A DNA stretch of 64,000 bases, taken from positions 186,001 to 250,000 of the forward strand of contig RBZT01000855.1 of NCBI GenBank assembly GCA_003693705.1, read 5' to 3'. Each line of letters opens with the position of its first letter. Within the stretch, counting starts at the first letter, position 1. The notes under the pieces are model-generated. The model worked only from the letters and a program-made list of their open reading frames with translations. It searched no databases and was not told where the DNA came from. The DNA is from Polymyxa betae A26-41. Lineage: Eukaryota > Protista > Endomyxa: Phytomyxea. Positions 46,882 through 61,933 of this stretch are shown here, piece after piece. The translations under genes and the position numbers were made by a program.

Positions 46882-49800
46882 TTAAAATAGATAGAATTTC
46901 TTGGAACCATCGTCTTTGAATAAAGCCCCGGACTGATTTTGGACCGGGCAAATGTTATTGTAGGCCTTCAATACGGTCTGCTGATCGGTTTTCTTGACCC
47001 CTTTCAAATCCATGATACGTATTAGATCAATCTGATTTCCGTTCGGTAACAGGGTTGAATAGGTCTGCAAATTGCTTAGAAGTAATACAGCAGTAAGCAG
47101 ATTAAAACATACTTCCGCAAGCGTTTCAGTCGCTGCCGAAAGTGTCTTCAGGATTGCCTCAGTTTTATTAACCTAAATCCGTTGAGAAGAGGCTATTCAG
47201 AACTAAAAACCTTATACCTGATTTAGAAGAATTGTAGAATATGTTTTGGGAGGACGCTTCTTTGCGGCTTCCAAATCGGCTTGTTTATCACTGAAGTAAG
47301 GTTTATACCTGAAATTAAACAATGACTTTTTTGCTTTACGTTCCAAGGTTGGGAAGATTCAAAAGGATAGTTTTCAAAGCTTCGGTATCCAGAAGCAGCT
47401 GTTGAGCGCCAAAGTCATTGATTTTCTTGCATCGGATTATTGAGAACATATATTTTGGTAAGAAATTAGCGACTAGTCGACTGCAAAAGACGTGATGATA
47501 AGAGGGAGACAGAACAGCTGAAATTGAAGACGTTTTCTCCTAAATAAAGGTTAGAGAAGATAGGATTTTAAAAAGAGTTCCTACATTGAACAGTAACTTC
47601 AGCTGCTGAACATATTGAGAAGTATCCCCAACCTGTCAAGTTAAGGAAACTCTGGAAACAATTCAGGAAGCGACTTACAGCGTCTAAGCTGGCTAAAGGT
47701 AGTTTTGCCATTACAGACAAAATTTTGTCGGCCTGAAACATAATAACGGAGATTATGTCTTCTATGGTTTTACTGATCAATGCATCGAATCGTTCCTGAA
47801 CAATGTCAGATCAGACCAAATCCCTACTCTTTCGCAGTAAATACTTGAGAGGACGAGCAATCAATTTCTTCCCCTACTGCCTTCGAGACTGATTCTTGCA
47901 ATTGCGGTAGAGTTTCACTGCAATACCTAAAGAATGTTATCCAGAGCAATCTCAGCATTCGGAGTTTTGTTACATACTCTGCTGTATTGATCAGAATGCC
48001 TAACGACTGCAATTGCAAATGTGTTAAATCCTGAACAGGGGAGACGACATTGTTGGCAACAGCAGATGGAAGCGGGGCTGCAGCTGGCTCTGATTTGAAG
48101 AATTCCTTGGCTTGAGACTCCAAAAGGGAACAGAAGTTAGTTAGACCGTTGAAATAGATCTTCTGCACATCACTCAGGAGTTGCGTCTGTTCAAGATGAA
48201 GACATCGTTTCATCGAGCTGAGACTCACATTCAGTATGTGTAGACAGACTTACTGACGAGTCCGATTACTTTTTAATGTACAGGAAGACCTGATCTGATC
48301 CCTTGTATCTTTGCAGACTTGTTGACGCAGGAGTTGTTAGGACCCAGATCTCTGTTGTTAAAAGCGTTCTGATCAACCTGAATTGGCTAATAAGCATATC
48401 CAAAACAAGAGAAAAGCATGCTTAGCCTACTCATCCATGTTTTGCTGTTCTAATGTGACATAATATCTCATAAAAGGTTGGAAACATGATGATATCGTGT
48501 TGCGAAAATGAATCCGAGTCACCTCGTTTAGAACTTCGTATCCTTGAACAAAAACATTAATTGATGTGCAAGAAGAACCATGTTTAATGTTACGGGATGT
48601 GCCAACAGACTTGAAATGACTCCTGAAAGAATCGTCATGCTCTGACTGCTTCGGCTAGGGACAAATGAACACGAAATCTATCGCACGCTTTAGAGAGCCT
48701 ACGTTATCCGATAACAATTCCGAGTCTTCATCTTCCGTTGTTTCAGGTGTCTCATTAGAATAATGACGTTGAAGCTCCTTCTCAAAGGTGATTGTCTGGG
48801 TGAGAACTTTGACAATTGAAGCGACATCAATATTTTCATCTCGAGACATGACTTTAAGGAGCGTTTTCAGGTGCTGATTAGCTACAACAACTGGTCATTA
48901 CAGAAACTCATCCTGGGTCTCCTTATCATACTGATGTTGCAGAACTCGAGAGCCATTAATCCTGCAACGTTCCACCCCTTCGGGAAAATGCCTCTGAACC
49001 GTTCCGTGAAGATTCGAATCTGGCGCTTGAACCATGCATAGCGCCTGTCCGTATTCTCGAAGCAAGCATCCTCGACCTGTAGCAAGAATTTTCAGAGCGC
49101 CATTTCGAGCAGCAATGGATAAAACCTGGCCTGAGCCGCTGATTTCGCTTGGTGTGAAAATCGTTTTGTAGGGTTCCATCTGTCTGCGTATAACCGATTC
49201 CACTAAGGCAGATCTGCAGTCAGCACCAAGAACAGCGACGACACTACATGCCTAAGCAAGAATCAACGCACGTAACAGCAGAAGTCGCGAGGCTTACTTC
49301 TCCTAGAAGCTTTTGGTTCTCCACTGAACCTGCCCCAGCAGCACCGAAAACCTCAAAGACCGCTGCTCGCAAAGAGTCGCGACATTCTTGTGTTTTCTTT
49401 TTAAGCTCCGACTGGAAAACAAGATTATAATTGCGACCAGACTATCATTTGGGCTTACAAGCTTAGCAACATTGTTAACATTTGAAAAATGGATTTCCAG
49501 TGCTTGAACGGCTTCCAGTAAGTTAGCTGCTCTTGCAAAATCGCGTTGATTTGTTGCAGCCTTCAGCTGATTAGCAGCACTGCTCAGCATGTGCAATCGC
49601 TTCAATGCAGTTATTGTTAAAGTGAGGTTCTTTTTCGCAGTGTCCTGGAAACTATAAACCTTTTTAACATGAACACTTTCAAGTAATACTGACCAGGACG
49701 CGAATGTCACTACAGATATCAGCTACAAGCTGCTGTGATTGTTGAGATTTTGTTGATATTGTGTTGATTTTCGTGAATAGATCAGTGACGACTTCACGAG

Positions 49801-50164
49801 TTTCGCTTAATGCAGTTTTTGTTCGCGCTCTTGAGCAAGCAGCGTCATGGATTCCACTAAATGCTGTCAGATTTAAAAGCCTAAAGATGAATTTCAGAAA
49901 AAAACACCTTCGAATTTCATTATCCAGCGCTTCGATTTGTGTATCAATTCTTTCCAAATAACCAGGAAGCTTTTCTAGCGAAGCTGGATCTGGCAATAGC
50001 TGGTTAATGAATGCAGTGGAATCGAATGTCGGGCCGTCGATGTTAGCAAAGAGCTCATCTGGCTTGAAATTCGTTTTCCGTCCTGGGCTGAGTGCCTGCA
50101 GAACGGCTTCCGATTGGTCGCTTAGGCAGAGATCGCGATACGACGGAGAAGTGTCTGCTGCCAT
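46882..50164 (-). CDS. VPS53: Vacuolar protein sorting 53 (GARP/EARP subunit)
   Basis: FINQLLP, DTAKKNLTLTITALKRLHML, DRRYAWFKR..IFPKGW, INTAEYC.ET, IMDLKGVKKTDQ; many short introns. Confidence 0.93.
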
Positions 50165-50676
50165 GATCACCCTGCTATCAATCAGCAACTGCAGTAAAGT
50201 CGTATTTCGTAACGTGGCTGCTGTTATCTACCGTACAAACGGCACCCCTGTTAGTTACTTTGTCTGAACTCGGTGCAGAGATTTAGGTCCACTCTTGAAA
50301 GAAGATCTGTTGAAAACTATAATTCCGCATCCATTGTAATTGGTGTTATCGGTTATCTAGTTGCAAACCGAAGACCGCAAACCTCCCATTATTGTTTCCG
50401 TTTTTGAATTTGAAATGTCTTTTTGTTGCGAGAAGTGTTTATGGAATTTGTTTACTGGTGTATTGTTGACAGGATAAGTGCAGCCCAATCCATGAAAAAT
50501 GTTTATCAGAAAAGACAGAAACTGAAGTCGAGGCCCTCCCCATTCCCAAAAGTAGCGTTAAGTTGCGTGCATCAAAAATCGTTACTGTCAGGCTTTGAGT
50601 TTGATCACCATACCTGACATCGTCGTCTTCTACAGAGATTTAAGTTCAGATAGATCATCCTAGCAAGTGACCCATC

Positions 50677-52425
50677 ATGGCTGACGAAACGCCCAAAATG
50701 CTGATGGACCATTCGGAGGAGATAAACCGGATGGTACCTAAGCTGGTTGCTGATGCGAAAGCGAATGTAAGATTATTGCTAGAACGGCCAACATGTAAAC
50801 TTAAGGTCTTAGAACGCACTGCTATCGAACTGTCTGGAATCGTTGCTATCCCTTGAGAAAAAAACTCGATTGTCTGCAGACGTGGCGTCAAGCAAGAAGG
50901 TTGTCACTTCGATTCTCCAGCTTCTCTTCGATCTTCAAAAATGGGATTTGCTGAATGATAATTTTCGCCTGCTTTGCAATAGAAGAGCTCAGTTGAAACC
51001 TGTTATCCAAACCGTTGTTCAATCAGGCGTTAAGTTTGTTGATGAGATCAAAATAAAGCCCGTTAAGATCGACTTGATAACCGTTCTTCGAGAGGTAAGC
51101 TCGTTTTGCAGTTCAAAACTACTATTATGTTTCTGATTGTGTCAAGGTATCACAAGGGAAAATATTTGTAGAGTTAGAGCGGGCACGACTTACCCGCATT
51201 TTGGCCTCTATTTACGAAGCTGATGGCAAAATCGCGGAAGCGGCTGAAACTCTTCAGGATGTACAAGTTGAGATAATGGGGACTATGGAGAAAAAAGAGA
51301 AGGCAGAATTTTTACTGGAACAAATCCGTCTTTCACTGGATAAAAATGACTTCGTTCGTGCTGAGATAATTTGCAAAAAGGTTGGGAAGAAACCGATTCG
51401 AAAACATGGAATTAGAACTGAAGTTTGCTGCTTAGGTTAACAAAAGCATCCTTGGCGATGAGCCTGAATTTGAAGAATTAAAATTGAAATTTTACCGGCT
51501 TATGGTGCGGTTCTATCTGCACTCCAACCGATATCTTGATATTTGTCAAGCTTATAAGTCCGTTTACGAATCGAAATCGGTTAGCAACTTGTTCCAGAGG
51601 CGGAGTGTCATTTATGCTTTCCTATAGATTCAAGCATCCAAGACAGAATGGCAACCCGTTCTTCGTGCATTAACTGTTTATGCACTTTTGAGCTCTCACA
51701 GCCCAGCGCAGGCAAGTTTTTTATTTAACCTAAGAACTGTTTTTAACTAGTCTTAGCTGGATATTTTAAACTGGCTTCGTGCGGAGAAAAACTTGAAAAG
51801 TCTGCCATCTTGCAAGTCAGCTGTTGAATTGTTCTGCACTCCTGAACTGATTGGCCGTCCTGTTCCCTACGAAAAGGTTAGATTTTGCAATCTATATGCG
51901 TCCATCGTTAACTTTATTTAGGAATGGGCTAGTGAATTCTTTAGCGGTCCTAAAGGTGCTCAAGCCAAAGCTGATCTGGACTGCCGTATTATCGAACATG
52001 TCAGAATCGCACCTCAGGGCTGTGGATTGAACATTAATTATCTGTAGAACATTAGGCTAATTGCAAAGAACTACACCCGAATCTCATTTTCACGATTGGC
52101 AACATTGTTGCAGGTTTAATAATGGTTCTACACTAAAATCAATCTGACTCTCTATCAGTTAAGTCCAGAGGCTACAGAGCAGCATATCTCTGATATGGTT
52201 AGTGATAAAGCTGTCTTTGCCAAAATTGATAGGCCCGCGGGTAATGATTTATCATTTTTTCATCAGATTGCCCAAGTTTGTTTTGTAGGAGTAGTCTCAT
52301 TCCGACCTGCCACCAAGCCAGATATTGTTCTAAACGAATGGTCTTCGGATATTTCTGACTTACTGTCTCTGGTCGAGAAGACGTGTCATCTGATTAACAA
52401 GGAGATTATGATATATGGATTGTGA
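50677..52425 (+). CDS. PSMD12: 26S proteasome regulatory subunit RPN5/PSMD12
   Basis: LLSLEKKTR, GKIFVELERARLT, IIEHNIR, AKIDRPAG, LNEWS..L.LVEKTCHLINKE. Confidence 0.95.
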
Positions 52426-52650
52426 TCATAATCCATGATTGATAAGTCAAGTAAACTTTCTTACCTATTTTGTATGCTTGAAAATGTGAAATGTCACAAC
52501 GTTGACCGATCAGTAAGATACAGTAGCCAAAGGTTTGTTATTTCGGTGTTTGTAACCATCTTGAACTTTCAACGAAATCCTACAATCGAAGCAATGCCGA
52601 CGAAGTGCGTAGCGGGGGTCCATGTCTCTTTGTAAAATCTCTGTTCGTCG

Positions 52651-55600
52651 ATGCTGGATACTCTTAGAGATGCTCTTGACAGTCGCCTGCTATCATCTGG
52701 TCGAGAAACCGTCGATCAGCTCTCCAGAAATATTTTAAAAGCAGCCAGTCCGGCTGATGCGCATGCAATTGTCGACAGCGTTTCATTCTTCGCGTTGCAT
52801 CTGCCTCACAAATATGATTCGCTGACAACTGGTGTTGCCAGACTTATCTTCAACCTAATTTCCAGTGCAATTTTTGTCGAGGACGATCTAAATCGTTTAA
52901 TTTCTGTCCATGTATCTATGCTGAATTTAATCAACGATCCGAAGTTGATATCGTCATCGTCGAGTCTACTTGCTCAGCTGCTTCGCCACATGCCGGTGCT
53001 ATTAAACTCTTACTCTCTCTGTATCTTCTCTGTAGATTTATCAAGCAATTTTGTTGCTCTCACTGCTGCAATTCACTACGAGCCGTTCTTAGACAAGTAT
53101 CGCCTCAAAGTAATTGAGGCATATTGCGATCACATTGTTGGTGGGAAACAGAAAGCGCCTCCGACTGTTTACAAAAATGGTTTCATTCCGCTGTATTCTA
53201 CTCTAAATTCAGATGAAATGGACAAACTGGTCGTACCTGTCGTGGACCGGATGCTGAAACGCGCTCAGGGAAGCACCATTCAAATTATTGTGCCGCTATT
53301 CGAGAATCTCAAACTTTTCCCGATTGACAGCTATATTCCGCTGCTGAAATCTGTAATCGGTTTGAATTTACGCTCCCCGGAGGAGCGTAGAAGGAAGGCT
53401 GCTTCTCAATTATTTCGAACATTAACTTTGAAAGCAAGGAATAGCGACCTGCTTCAATCACTGATATCTGAGATTGCAGACCATTTAAGTGGGAAGAAGG
53501 ACGGATTCATTGCAAACATTGAGGAACGACTTAATGTTATCAACGCACTTGGCTCTGTAACCCATTCTCCCATAATACATGATGTTGGGGCAAACGTTGT
53601 CGCCCTTCTTCAAGAACATTCAAAACGCGAAACTCACGATGAAGGTTTGCTTTTTGGATGCATTTTTTCTGCTACTGTTAACGTCTTGTAGGTCGCATTG
53701 CTGTTCTTGAGTTGCTTTCGCAATTCGTGCCGCTATTGCCGCTTCCAATTCCAAATGTGCTTGTATCCTATATTGAACAAACCATTATAAAGACCGGGAC
53801 GTCTAAACCTGACACTATTGTTGGGCATTTGATTGTGCTGTTATCCATTATCCGGAAGTCCAAGGACTCGGTTAGTTCAAATATGCTCTCGGCTGTCGAG
53901 AAGATCTTGAATGAAAATTTCAACAAATCTCAGCTCCGCACTGCATCTCTCGCATGTACCACTGCTAATTATGAGCTTCGATTGAGCTAACGTTTTTTTG
54001 AAGGTCTGGCAATTTTATGTCAACTGGGCAACGATGAAGTAGTGTCGAAATTTCTTTTAACTGCTGAAGCGTCGTTTGCCACGTCATTTAAAAGCATAAT
54101 TCAAGGTTCTGCCAGAGAATCGTTTTTGCTTGGAACAATCATTAATTCGCTGTTCGCAAATCGTATTGGCGCAGGTGTGTCTTAATGTTATCCTCATGGG
54201 AATTCTCAGTCATGTTTGCTAGTTTGGTCTGCAAACGGTTCTTACCGAAATGTATTTGATGCTATAATTGCATTGTTGGTGAGACCTGAAAACGCTGTAA
54301 ACATATCTGCCTTTCACTTGATTCGAGGTATAATCGCTTGTTCCTGCTTCCAGCCACTCTGACACTCCGTCAGATTTTCCACAATTAGCTCCTGACATCA
54401 TTCAATCGTTTTACCGACTGCTCTTCACTAGAATATATCCAGAGAGTGCTACGAAGCCGACTCCGTTTCAGTTATTGGCAATACTTCGTTACGTCGCTAC
54501 TATTCAGTCATTAGATACAGATTCGTTCTTGACTGCTGCTCTTATTTGCCATGTCAGGTTTTTCTGTTTATCTACTGTTATGGAGTCTCATTTGATTACA
54601 GCATCCGGCCTTACGGAGGTCAGCTCGGGAGAAGATCAACAGCTCGCCTTGGGATCATTTTTATCGGAAACAGTCGAAAAACGTGGCTTTGCTGTTTGCT
54701 AAAAGCATCGATACCATTGTTGAACTAGTTTTTTCTGGTACATGTTTGCTTGGTTCAGACCAGGACTGCTTTCTTGCTGGTTCGAATTTCATCGCAACTG
54801 TCATCGACACCAGTCCATCGTGCTATGAACCCGTCTTTAATCAATTAAAAAAGCACTTAGACTGCTCGGCTTTGTCAGCCCTGTCTGAAACAGATCTGGC
54901 TATTTTCTCGGTTCCAGATGGACAGGTCTGGTCTTCTGCATTACCTGGTCTATCATCTCTGATTTTGCCAAGATTGCCAAAGTATCATCATCATCCACCT
55001 CCCCTGTCAATGTGACACCAAGAGTTGGGCGCTCTAAGCAGATGTCGGATGAGGAATGGGCCGCTAAAGTAAATCCGTTTTTGTTGCTTAATCGGCATTT
55101 CTAATTGGAAAAGGTCCAATCTGAGATCGATAGCAAGAAAGGGTTAATGAAGAAAGACGAAGAGTTGGTTGAAGTCAAGAGACAGAACGAAATTCGTGCA
55201 CGCATTTCTTCGCTGCTTTTGCCTATTCAATGCTCTTTGGAGGCAATTCGGTTTTTGTGCCTCCGGCTGCAAAAGTCGTTCACCGAAACGATACTGTCTT
55301 CTCAGTATTGTTTCCTGTTGGATGCGATCTGCCAATTGGCTCCTTTTTCTTTAATAACTGCCCAAGTCAGACAAACACTTGCCAGTATTGCTAATACCGG
55401 TATTAATCTATTCCCTTTGCTGTTCCTCTTTCGTTTGTCGCTCATTCTTGTTGTATGGATAGGGCTCGAAGGTCGAATTAGCTCTCAGCATGGCGATCTT
55501 ATCGCTTACGCTGTTGCTGTTTCATCTCAGTTTGGGTCGAAGACTTTCCAGCACGATTCTCCTGTCCTCAAAACTGTATTCGAGATATTCTGCGCTCGTT

Positions 55601-58600
55601 TCTTTTGTTCTGACCATCGATCAGGTAAGTGATGCTGTCCATGCACTCGTTCAAGGTTCGGTGGAGTCGCGGCTGTTCTCCGGCTCTACTATTCGCTTTT
55701 TAATGCCTCTATTCGAAGCTGCTGCTGCGTGCCTTTCGTTATCTACTTCGATGCAGTGCATTTCAGTGCTGACTGCACATTCAACGGTCTCTGATCTCCC
55801 TGTGGACCGTGTTTTGGATCTATCATTAGAGATTCTGAAAGTTCCTCGAGGTGCACCGGATGCAAATACGCTTCTTCACGGTGTCAGTCCCTATTTAAAA
55901 CCGATCCATATTGACGCTCTTATTGACGATCGTGGTCTGCTTTCTTCAAGTCCTTTTTCTCGCAAGGTTGCTCTTGAAACTTTGGCGCTTTCATCATTGC
56001 TTCACTCTCCTAATTCTCCAGAGCTGGTTGCAAAACTGTTCTTAATGACCCACGATGACGATGCTGAACAAAATCTAAAAAGTGATGCCGAGCGTATCTG
56101 GCATCAGTTCGGATTCAAGTACATTCCAATTATTCATATTCTGACCCCGCTGCTCTCCCACCCGACTCCTTGGGTCCGTCGCACTGCTGCTATTAGCTTC
56201 GGCTATGCTATTCGCCGGCAAGACGATGCTGATCTGCAGATTGCTTCGCTCTTAAATCTGATCAAAAACAATCCTGATGAGATGGTCCAATCGCAGTTCG
56301 ACATTGATGCCCGAGAAATTGGTTTGATGAGTTTCAGTTTTGGCTGTATTCTGCTCACCGTATTCTAGATCGATCTGCAACGAGGGTGTCAGCTTTTATT
56401 GCTCTTGGTTATGCCGCTCCAGCTCTGTCCCAAGACAGTATAATGAATTCCGTTCAGTAATATTCTGTAGTATCAACTCTCAGTTCGTGCTTAACAAGTT
56501 TTTTCCAGGTTTATTCTTGAAACAGGATTTCTCGATAAAAAACCTGCTGTTTGGAATGCAGCACTGCAAGCTGGATTGTCAATCATCAGTACAGATCTGG
56601 ACGCATCGTCTGTCCGTGATCTTCAGTTGCTCCTTGATAAGGGTTTGTCATTGGGTATCGATAGTGGTATGTTGTCCTGTCGGCAGCTCTTTATACTTTC
56701 CTTATCGTTATTCAGTATCCGAAGGCGCTATCGTTCTGATTGGCCGCCTGGCTCAGTTTTTAGATCCGAAAACTGACTCTGAACAAGTTAAAGCCGTTTT
56801 TTCACGCCTGATTGATGCTCTTCGAATTCCGTAAGTTTCTTCACGTGTCCTCTTGTCTTCCTTTGTCATCTTATGGCCAGGTCGTATTCCGTTCAATGTG
56901 CTGTTGCCGAGTGTCTTGTCCCGTTGGCAGGAATGCTTCAGGATGATGAACAGAAGCAAGAAGCGTTCAACCGTTTGATTGAAACCGTTTCGGGTGGGAA
57001 AACCTATGGCGACAGAAAAGGCGCTGCTCTTGGTCTGGCAGGGCTTGTTAAAGGACTTCGGATTTCGAGCTTGAAAAAGTCATTTTCTGCCACTTTTCGA
57101 CCGTTTGCTAAAGGATGCCTCAGGTACGGAGTACTGAGCGCCCTCACCACGATGGCGAAGGATAAGCGATCTCATACAAAGCAAGGTGCCTTGTTCTGTT
57201 ATGAAGCACTTTTTTCGGCTCTTGGGAAGCGATTCGAGCCATATCTGCCGCATTTGATTCCCGATCTGCTCGCTTCTTTTGGGGACCCGGTTAGCGAAGT
57301 TCGCGAAGCCACTCAAGAGGTGTGCCAACTGCTTGCCATTTTTGACTGTTTAGTGGGTGATGTAATACGTTTTGTTTAGGCTACTCGTGTCGTTATGGCT
57401 CATGTGACAGCTCAGGGTGTCAAGATGATGTTGCCTCATATTCTTAAGGTTTACCGCAACACCGCCTGTGTCTAACCCTATATTCAGTGTTCTCAGGCTC
57501 TTGACGACGATCAATGGCGAACCAAAGTCGAATCGATTGGTATCTCGTTCTGTTTCTCCTAAATTAAGGTTTGGTGAATGGGGGATTTCAGGAATGTTGG
57601 GCTCAATGGCGTTTTGCGCTCCCCGGCAACTTTGTGCTTTCCTTCCGACTGTTGTACCTCGACTTACTCGCTGTTTGGCCGATCCACATCCAAAAGTTCA
57701 AGAAGGCGGTAAAAAGGCCCTGGCTGAAATTGGTTCAGTGGTCAGTTTTTTTCATTTCGAAGCTGACTCAAATTCAACTGTTTTCAGATTCGAAACCCAG
57801 AAATTCAGTCTTTGGTGCCTTCTTTGTTAGCCGCTTTGATAGATCCGTCTTCTAGCACTCGGGACGCCTTACAACAACTTCTTGATACTTCGTTCGTCAA
57901 TTCTGTCGATGCTCCCTCGTTGGCGCTGATCATCCCCATTGTAAAACGAGGCTTACATGACCGATCGCCTTCCGTTAAACGAATGGTGATGTCTCGCTTA
58001 CAGCCGATTTTTTGCTTATATGTTATCGAATTAGGCCGCATTAATTGTCGGTACTATTTGCGAATTCCTTCGCGATGTTTCTGCGATTTTACCTTACACC
58101 AAGTCCCTGCTGGATGATCTACAAAAAGTTCTAATCGATCCCATTCCTGACGTTCGGGCTTCCAGTGCCCGAGCAATGGGTCTCCTCTTCAAAGGTGTCG
58201 GTGAAGTACATTTCCCGAACTTAATCGGTGCGGTAACGACCTCGTTGTGGTATTCATCTAACTGTTGCTTTAGATTGGCTTCTTCAGATGCTCTACACGA
58301 ATACCTCCAGTGTTGAAAGAAATGGTGGTGCTCAGGTATTTCACCACAAGTCAGACGCTGTTTCTCTTCTAAGCGCGTTGTCAGGGTTTAGCTCAGGTGC
58401 TCGCAGCACGTGGGCTTTCAGCGCTTTCTGACTATTTGGATGTCATCCTGGAGGGCGCTGGTCATAACGAATCTAATGTAAGGGAAGCGTATATGGAGAT
58501 TTGGGTTTATCTTCCAAGGGCCTTTGGCGGCCCGCTTCACATCTATCTGGAAAGGGCTCTGCCAGTTATTATCAATGTATGTGTCTTAGTATTTTCCCAA

Positions 58601-61600
58601 CGTTGCTGTTGGAGTTGCCAAATACGGTTTAGGGTCTTGCAGATGATAAAGAAGCGGTACGCTCCATGTCGCTATCCGCAGGAAAGTCTTTGATTACTGC
58701 TTACGGTGCCGACCATTTCGTTATCTTCCTGCCGTTTTTGCAAGAAAGCTTACGACATGAAGTTTGGCGCGTCCGAGAACACACCTGCGTTCTCATCGGC
58801 GACGTTCTCGCCCGAATTTGCGGAGCCCAGGTTTGAACAAAATTTTAAGGCTATGACAACCATTAAGGGCTTTAATTTTTTGCTTATAGGTCAGCATCGT
58901 CGCCAGTGACCATATCGAATTCGATATGGATGACCAGCGAAAGGTTGAAAATGAAGAGGTTGGCATCTCTATGTTTGCGACTTCTAGATTATTTTAAGAA
59001 TGTCTTACAGGCGGTTCTATCTGCACTCGGACGTTCTTCTCGTGATCGCTTGTTTTCTGATCTATTCATTGTCCAAGCTGATAGCGCTAGCAATGTTCAG
59101 CAGACATCCTGGCTGGTTTGGAAGTCTTTAGTCGCTAACACGAATCGGATGTTGGCGGATATCATGCCCGTCCTAATGGAAAATGTCATCAAGTCTCTTT
59201 CCGACCCCGATTTCGAGCGTCGAACGGCCGCAAGCAAATCTCTTGGATCAATGTCTGTATCGTGCTATTAGTTTTATGCGATTGTTTGCTTCTTTGTATG
59301 ATCACCATTTTTTTGTTCTTTCTGGTATCATTTCCACCATATGCTCAATCTTGCTTTAGGGTTCAACGCAGCGGTGAGATTGTTCTCCCCATCATCATCC
59401 CTATCTTAGAGGGAGGTTTATCCTCCCCATCTGCTGCAATTCGTCAAGGTGTCTGTTTCGGTATGAGCGAAGTTATGGCGTCTGCATCTAAAGACAGCAT
59501 CACTGCCTACATGTCCGCTCTGATTCCGGCAATCCGCTCTGCGCTCTGCGATGAAAGCGAAATGGTTCGTGTTGCGGCCGCCCGATCGTTTGAAACTTTG
59601 GTTCGTAACACTGGTCCACGAGCCGTTGCGGATATTGTTCCCCCGCTCGTCAAAGAACTTTCGGAGGATTTTGCTGTCAACTCGCTGCTGATTTTGCAGG
59701 GACTACGTCAGGTTCTTCAGGTTCGAAGCAGTCCTGTTTTGAATCATCTCATTCCCGCTGTGGTAAGTCTTTTTCGAGTTTGCCTTCTGCTTGGCTTATC
59801 TTTGAACCAGATTTCGAGACCGATAACACCGTTTTATGCGAAGGCGCTGGCGTCATTATCCGATGTTTATGGGCCAGCTATCGATATGCATATCGATACG
59901 GTGATGCCTTGGTATCTTGATGGCATTGCCAATACACAGGATCCGAACACATATGAGATATTGGCTGATGCAGCCACTTCTTTCCTTCTAGGTCTTCATA
60001 AAGATGTAAAATAGTCTCTGTCATGCTTACTTTGCCCTAATTCTGGTTTGTAGGCGACCCATTCCGTTGTGCAGTCTCTATGCTCGTCGCTGGATGAACG
60101 TCGGCGGAATGCATCGACATCACTGATGCTTATTTCTACCAAACTTCTTGGCTCTTTCTGCTCCTCGTCTCAATCCGATTACTCTTCTGAGTTGGAGTAT
60201 GACATTCTACGCTCTTGTATCATGATAATGATTCTTTAAATAGATCTATTTTGGGTTCGCTACTGTCGCTGTTGATCTCTGCTGAGGACGATCTTCAAAA
60301 TGCAGCCGCGGAAAGCTTACTTCAGGTGACAACGACGAGCAATAAGGTAATATTTGTTTTTAAAACTGCTGGTTTCCGACATTATGAAAGGATGAGCTCG
60401 TCTGTCATCTTGTGTACGTTCGGCAGTCCATCCAACGTTTAGCTCGAGATTGTGCTCGCAAGTCAAAAGCTGAACAGGTTTGCTATCCAAAGTCGTATTC
60501 TTCGATTGTTCATCAGTGAAACAGATTGTGATTCCTGGTCTTTGTCAGCCCTCGGGAATTGCTGCTATCTTGCCGATCTATCAGTACGGGTTATTGAATG
60601 GTTCACCTGAGCAACGACAGCAAGCGGCTACTGCTCTTGGTGATCTGATCACTTATACCACACCATTTGCTCTCAAGCCTTACGTCATCAAGATTACTGG
60701 TCCGATTCGTTTGTCCCTTTATTTTATCGTTGCTCATGTACTCGATTAGGCCCATTGATCCGTATTGTCGGTGATCGTTTCCCATCCTCGGTTAAGGCCG
60801 CCATTCTGACAACTTTGGGCTTGCTTCTGGACAAAGCGGGACCTTTCATGAAACCATTCGTACCTCAACTTCAAGCGACATTCACTAAAAGTCTGAGAGA
60901 TCCCGATTCGTCCGTCCGCTCGAGTGCTGCACCGGCTCTGGCTTCTCTCTTGGTGTTGGCGCCCAAAAAGGTCGACCCTCTGGTGCAAGAAATCGTCTCT
61001 GCATATTTTGAAGATAATGGGCCGGTCTCATATACGATGGTCTCAGCGTTATGCGCTCTGTTATCTACTGTGGTATGAAGAGTGCTGTTAATCATATCCA
61101 TCTTAGGGGTTTTTTAGGGATCCGAGATATCTCCTGAGCTTTATGGTTCTGTACAAGACGCTTTAGTGTCGGCTTTGTCGAAAGACTCAGATTCTTGTCG
61201 ATCAACCGCTGCAACTGGGTTAGGACATCTGTCCGGGATTGTATCTGATCCTGAATGTCGCCAGCTGTTTGAGCGCGTTTCATCTCCTTCGGTATCAAGT
61301 GATTGGGAGGTCGATATCGTTCTTGTCTCGTACCAACTCCACTGATAACTTTTAACAGGCGCGTCATGGCTTAGCTTTAGCTTGTGCTGCTATCATTCGT
61401 CGAGCTGGAGCCAAATTGGATGGCAAATCTTGTCTAATGGCGGTGCAATCCTCACTTCGTGATACCGATTCTACTGTCAGACAGGCTGGATTAATTATGG
61501 GAGCTGCATTTTCGGTTGTATCGCAGGGTGAAACAGTCGATCTTGCTCTGTCTTCAATGATCGACCTTTCACGTGATCGTAATGCTGATGTTCGTATGGA

Positions 61601-61933
61601 ATTCTCCAACCAAATCAACTTCCTGGGCAAATCGCATCCGAACGTGCTTCTGACACGAACCGATGTTCTGAACCAAGTCGTTAATGTTCTGCTTGCGTTG
61701 ATCAACGATGGCAGTCAATCTGTGTCGTTGGCCTCACAGAATGCATTGGGTCACACTTTGCAGCTTCATCGCGGTCGAACTCACACGTTCGATTCTTATC
61801 TGAAGACTGTCGATGTCAACACATCGGCAGCGCTGGATAAGTTTGCCAGAAGGTCGCGTCTATTTCGGTCAGCAGCCTGATCTTCATGAAATAAACTCCA
61901 ATTAGACTCACCAATCAGTTTCGAAGATTATGA
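52651..61933 (+). CDS. GCN1: GCN1, HEAT-repeat activator of GCN2
   Basis: [82 protein letters not shown]; more than 25 short introns; last exon approximate. Confidence 0.95.

Noticed and set aside
7064-61933. Apparent cluster of translation quality-control genes (ASCC2, UPF2, eIF3a, GCN1), repair genes (MND1, NSE1, PNKP) and flagellar genes (ZMYND12, PKD2, CFAP99-like)
   Set aside because: They are interspersed with unrelated genes on both strands over ~55 kb, which is expected by chance in a compact genome. Conserved synteny or co-expression would be needed.
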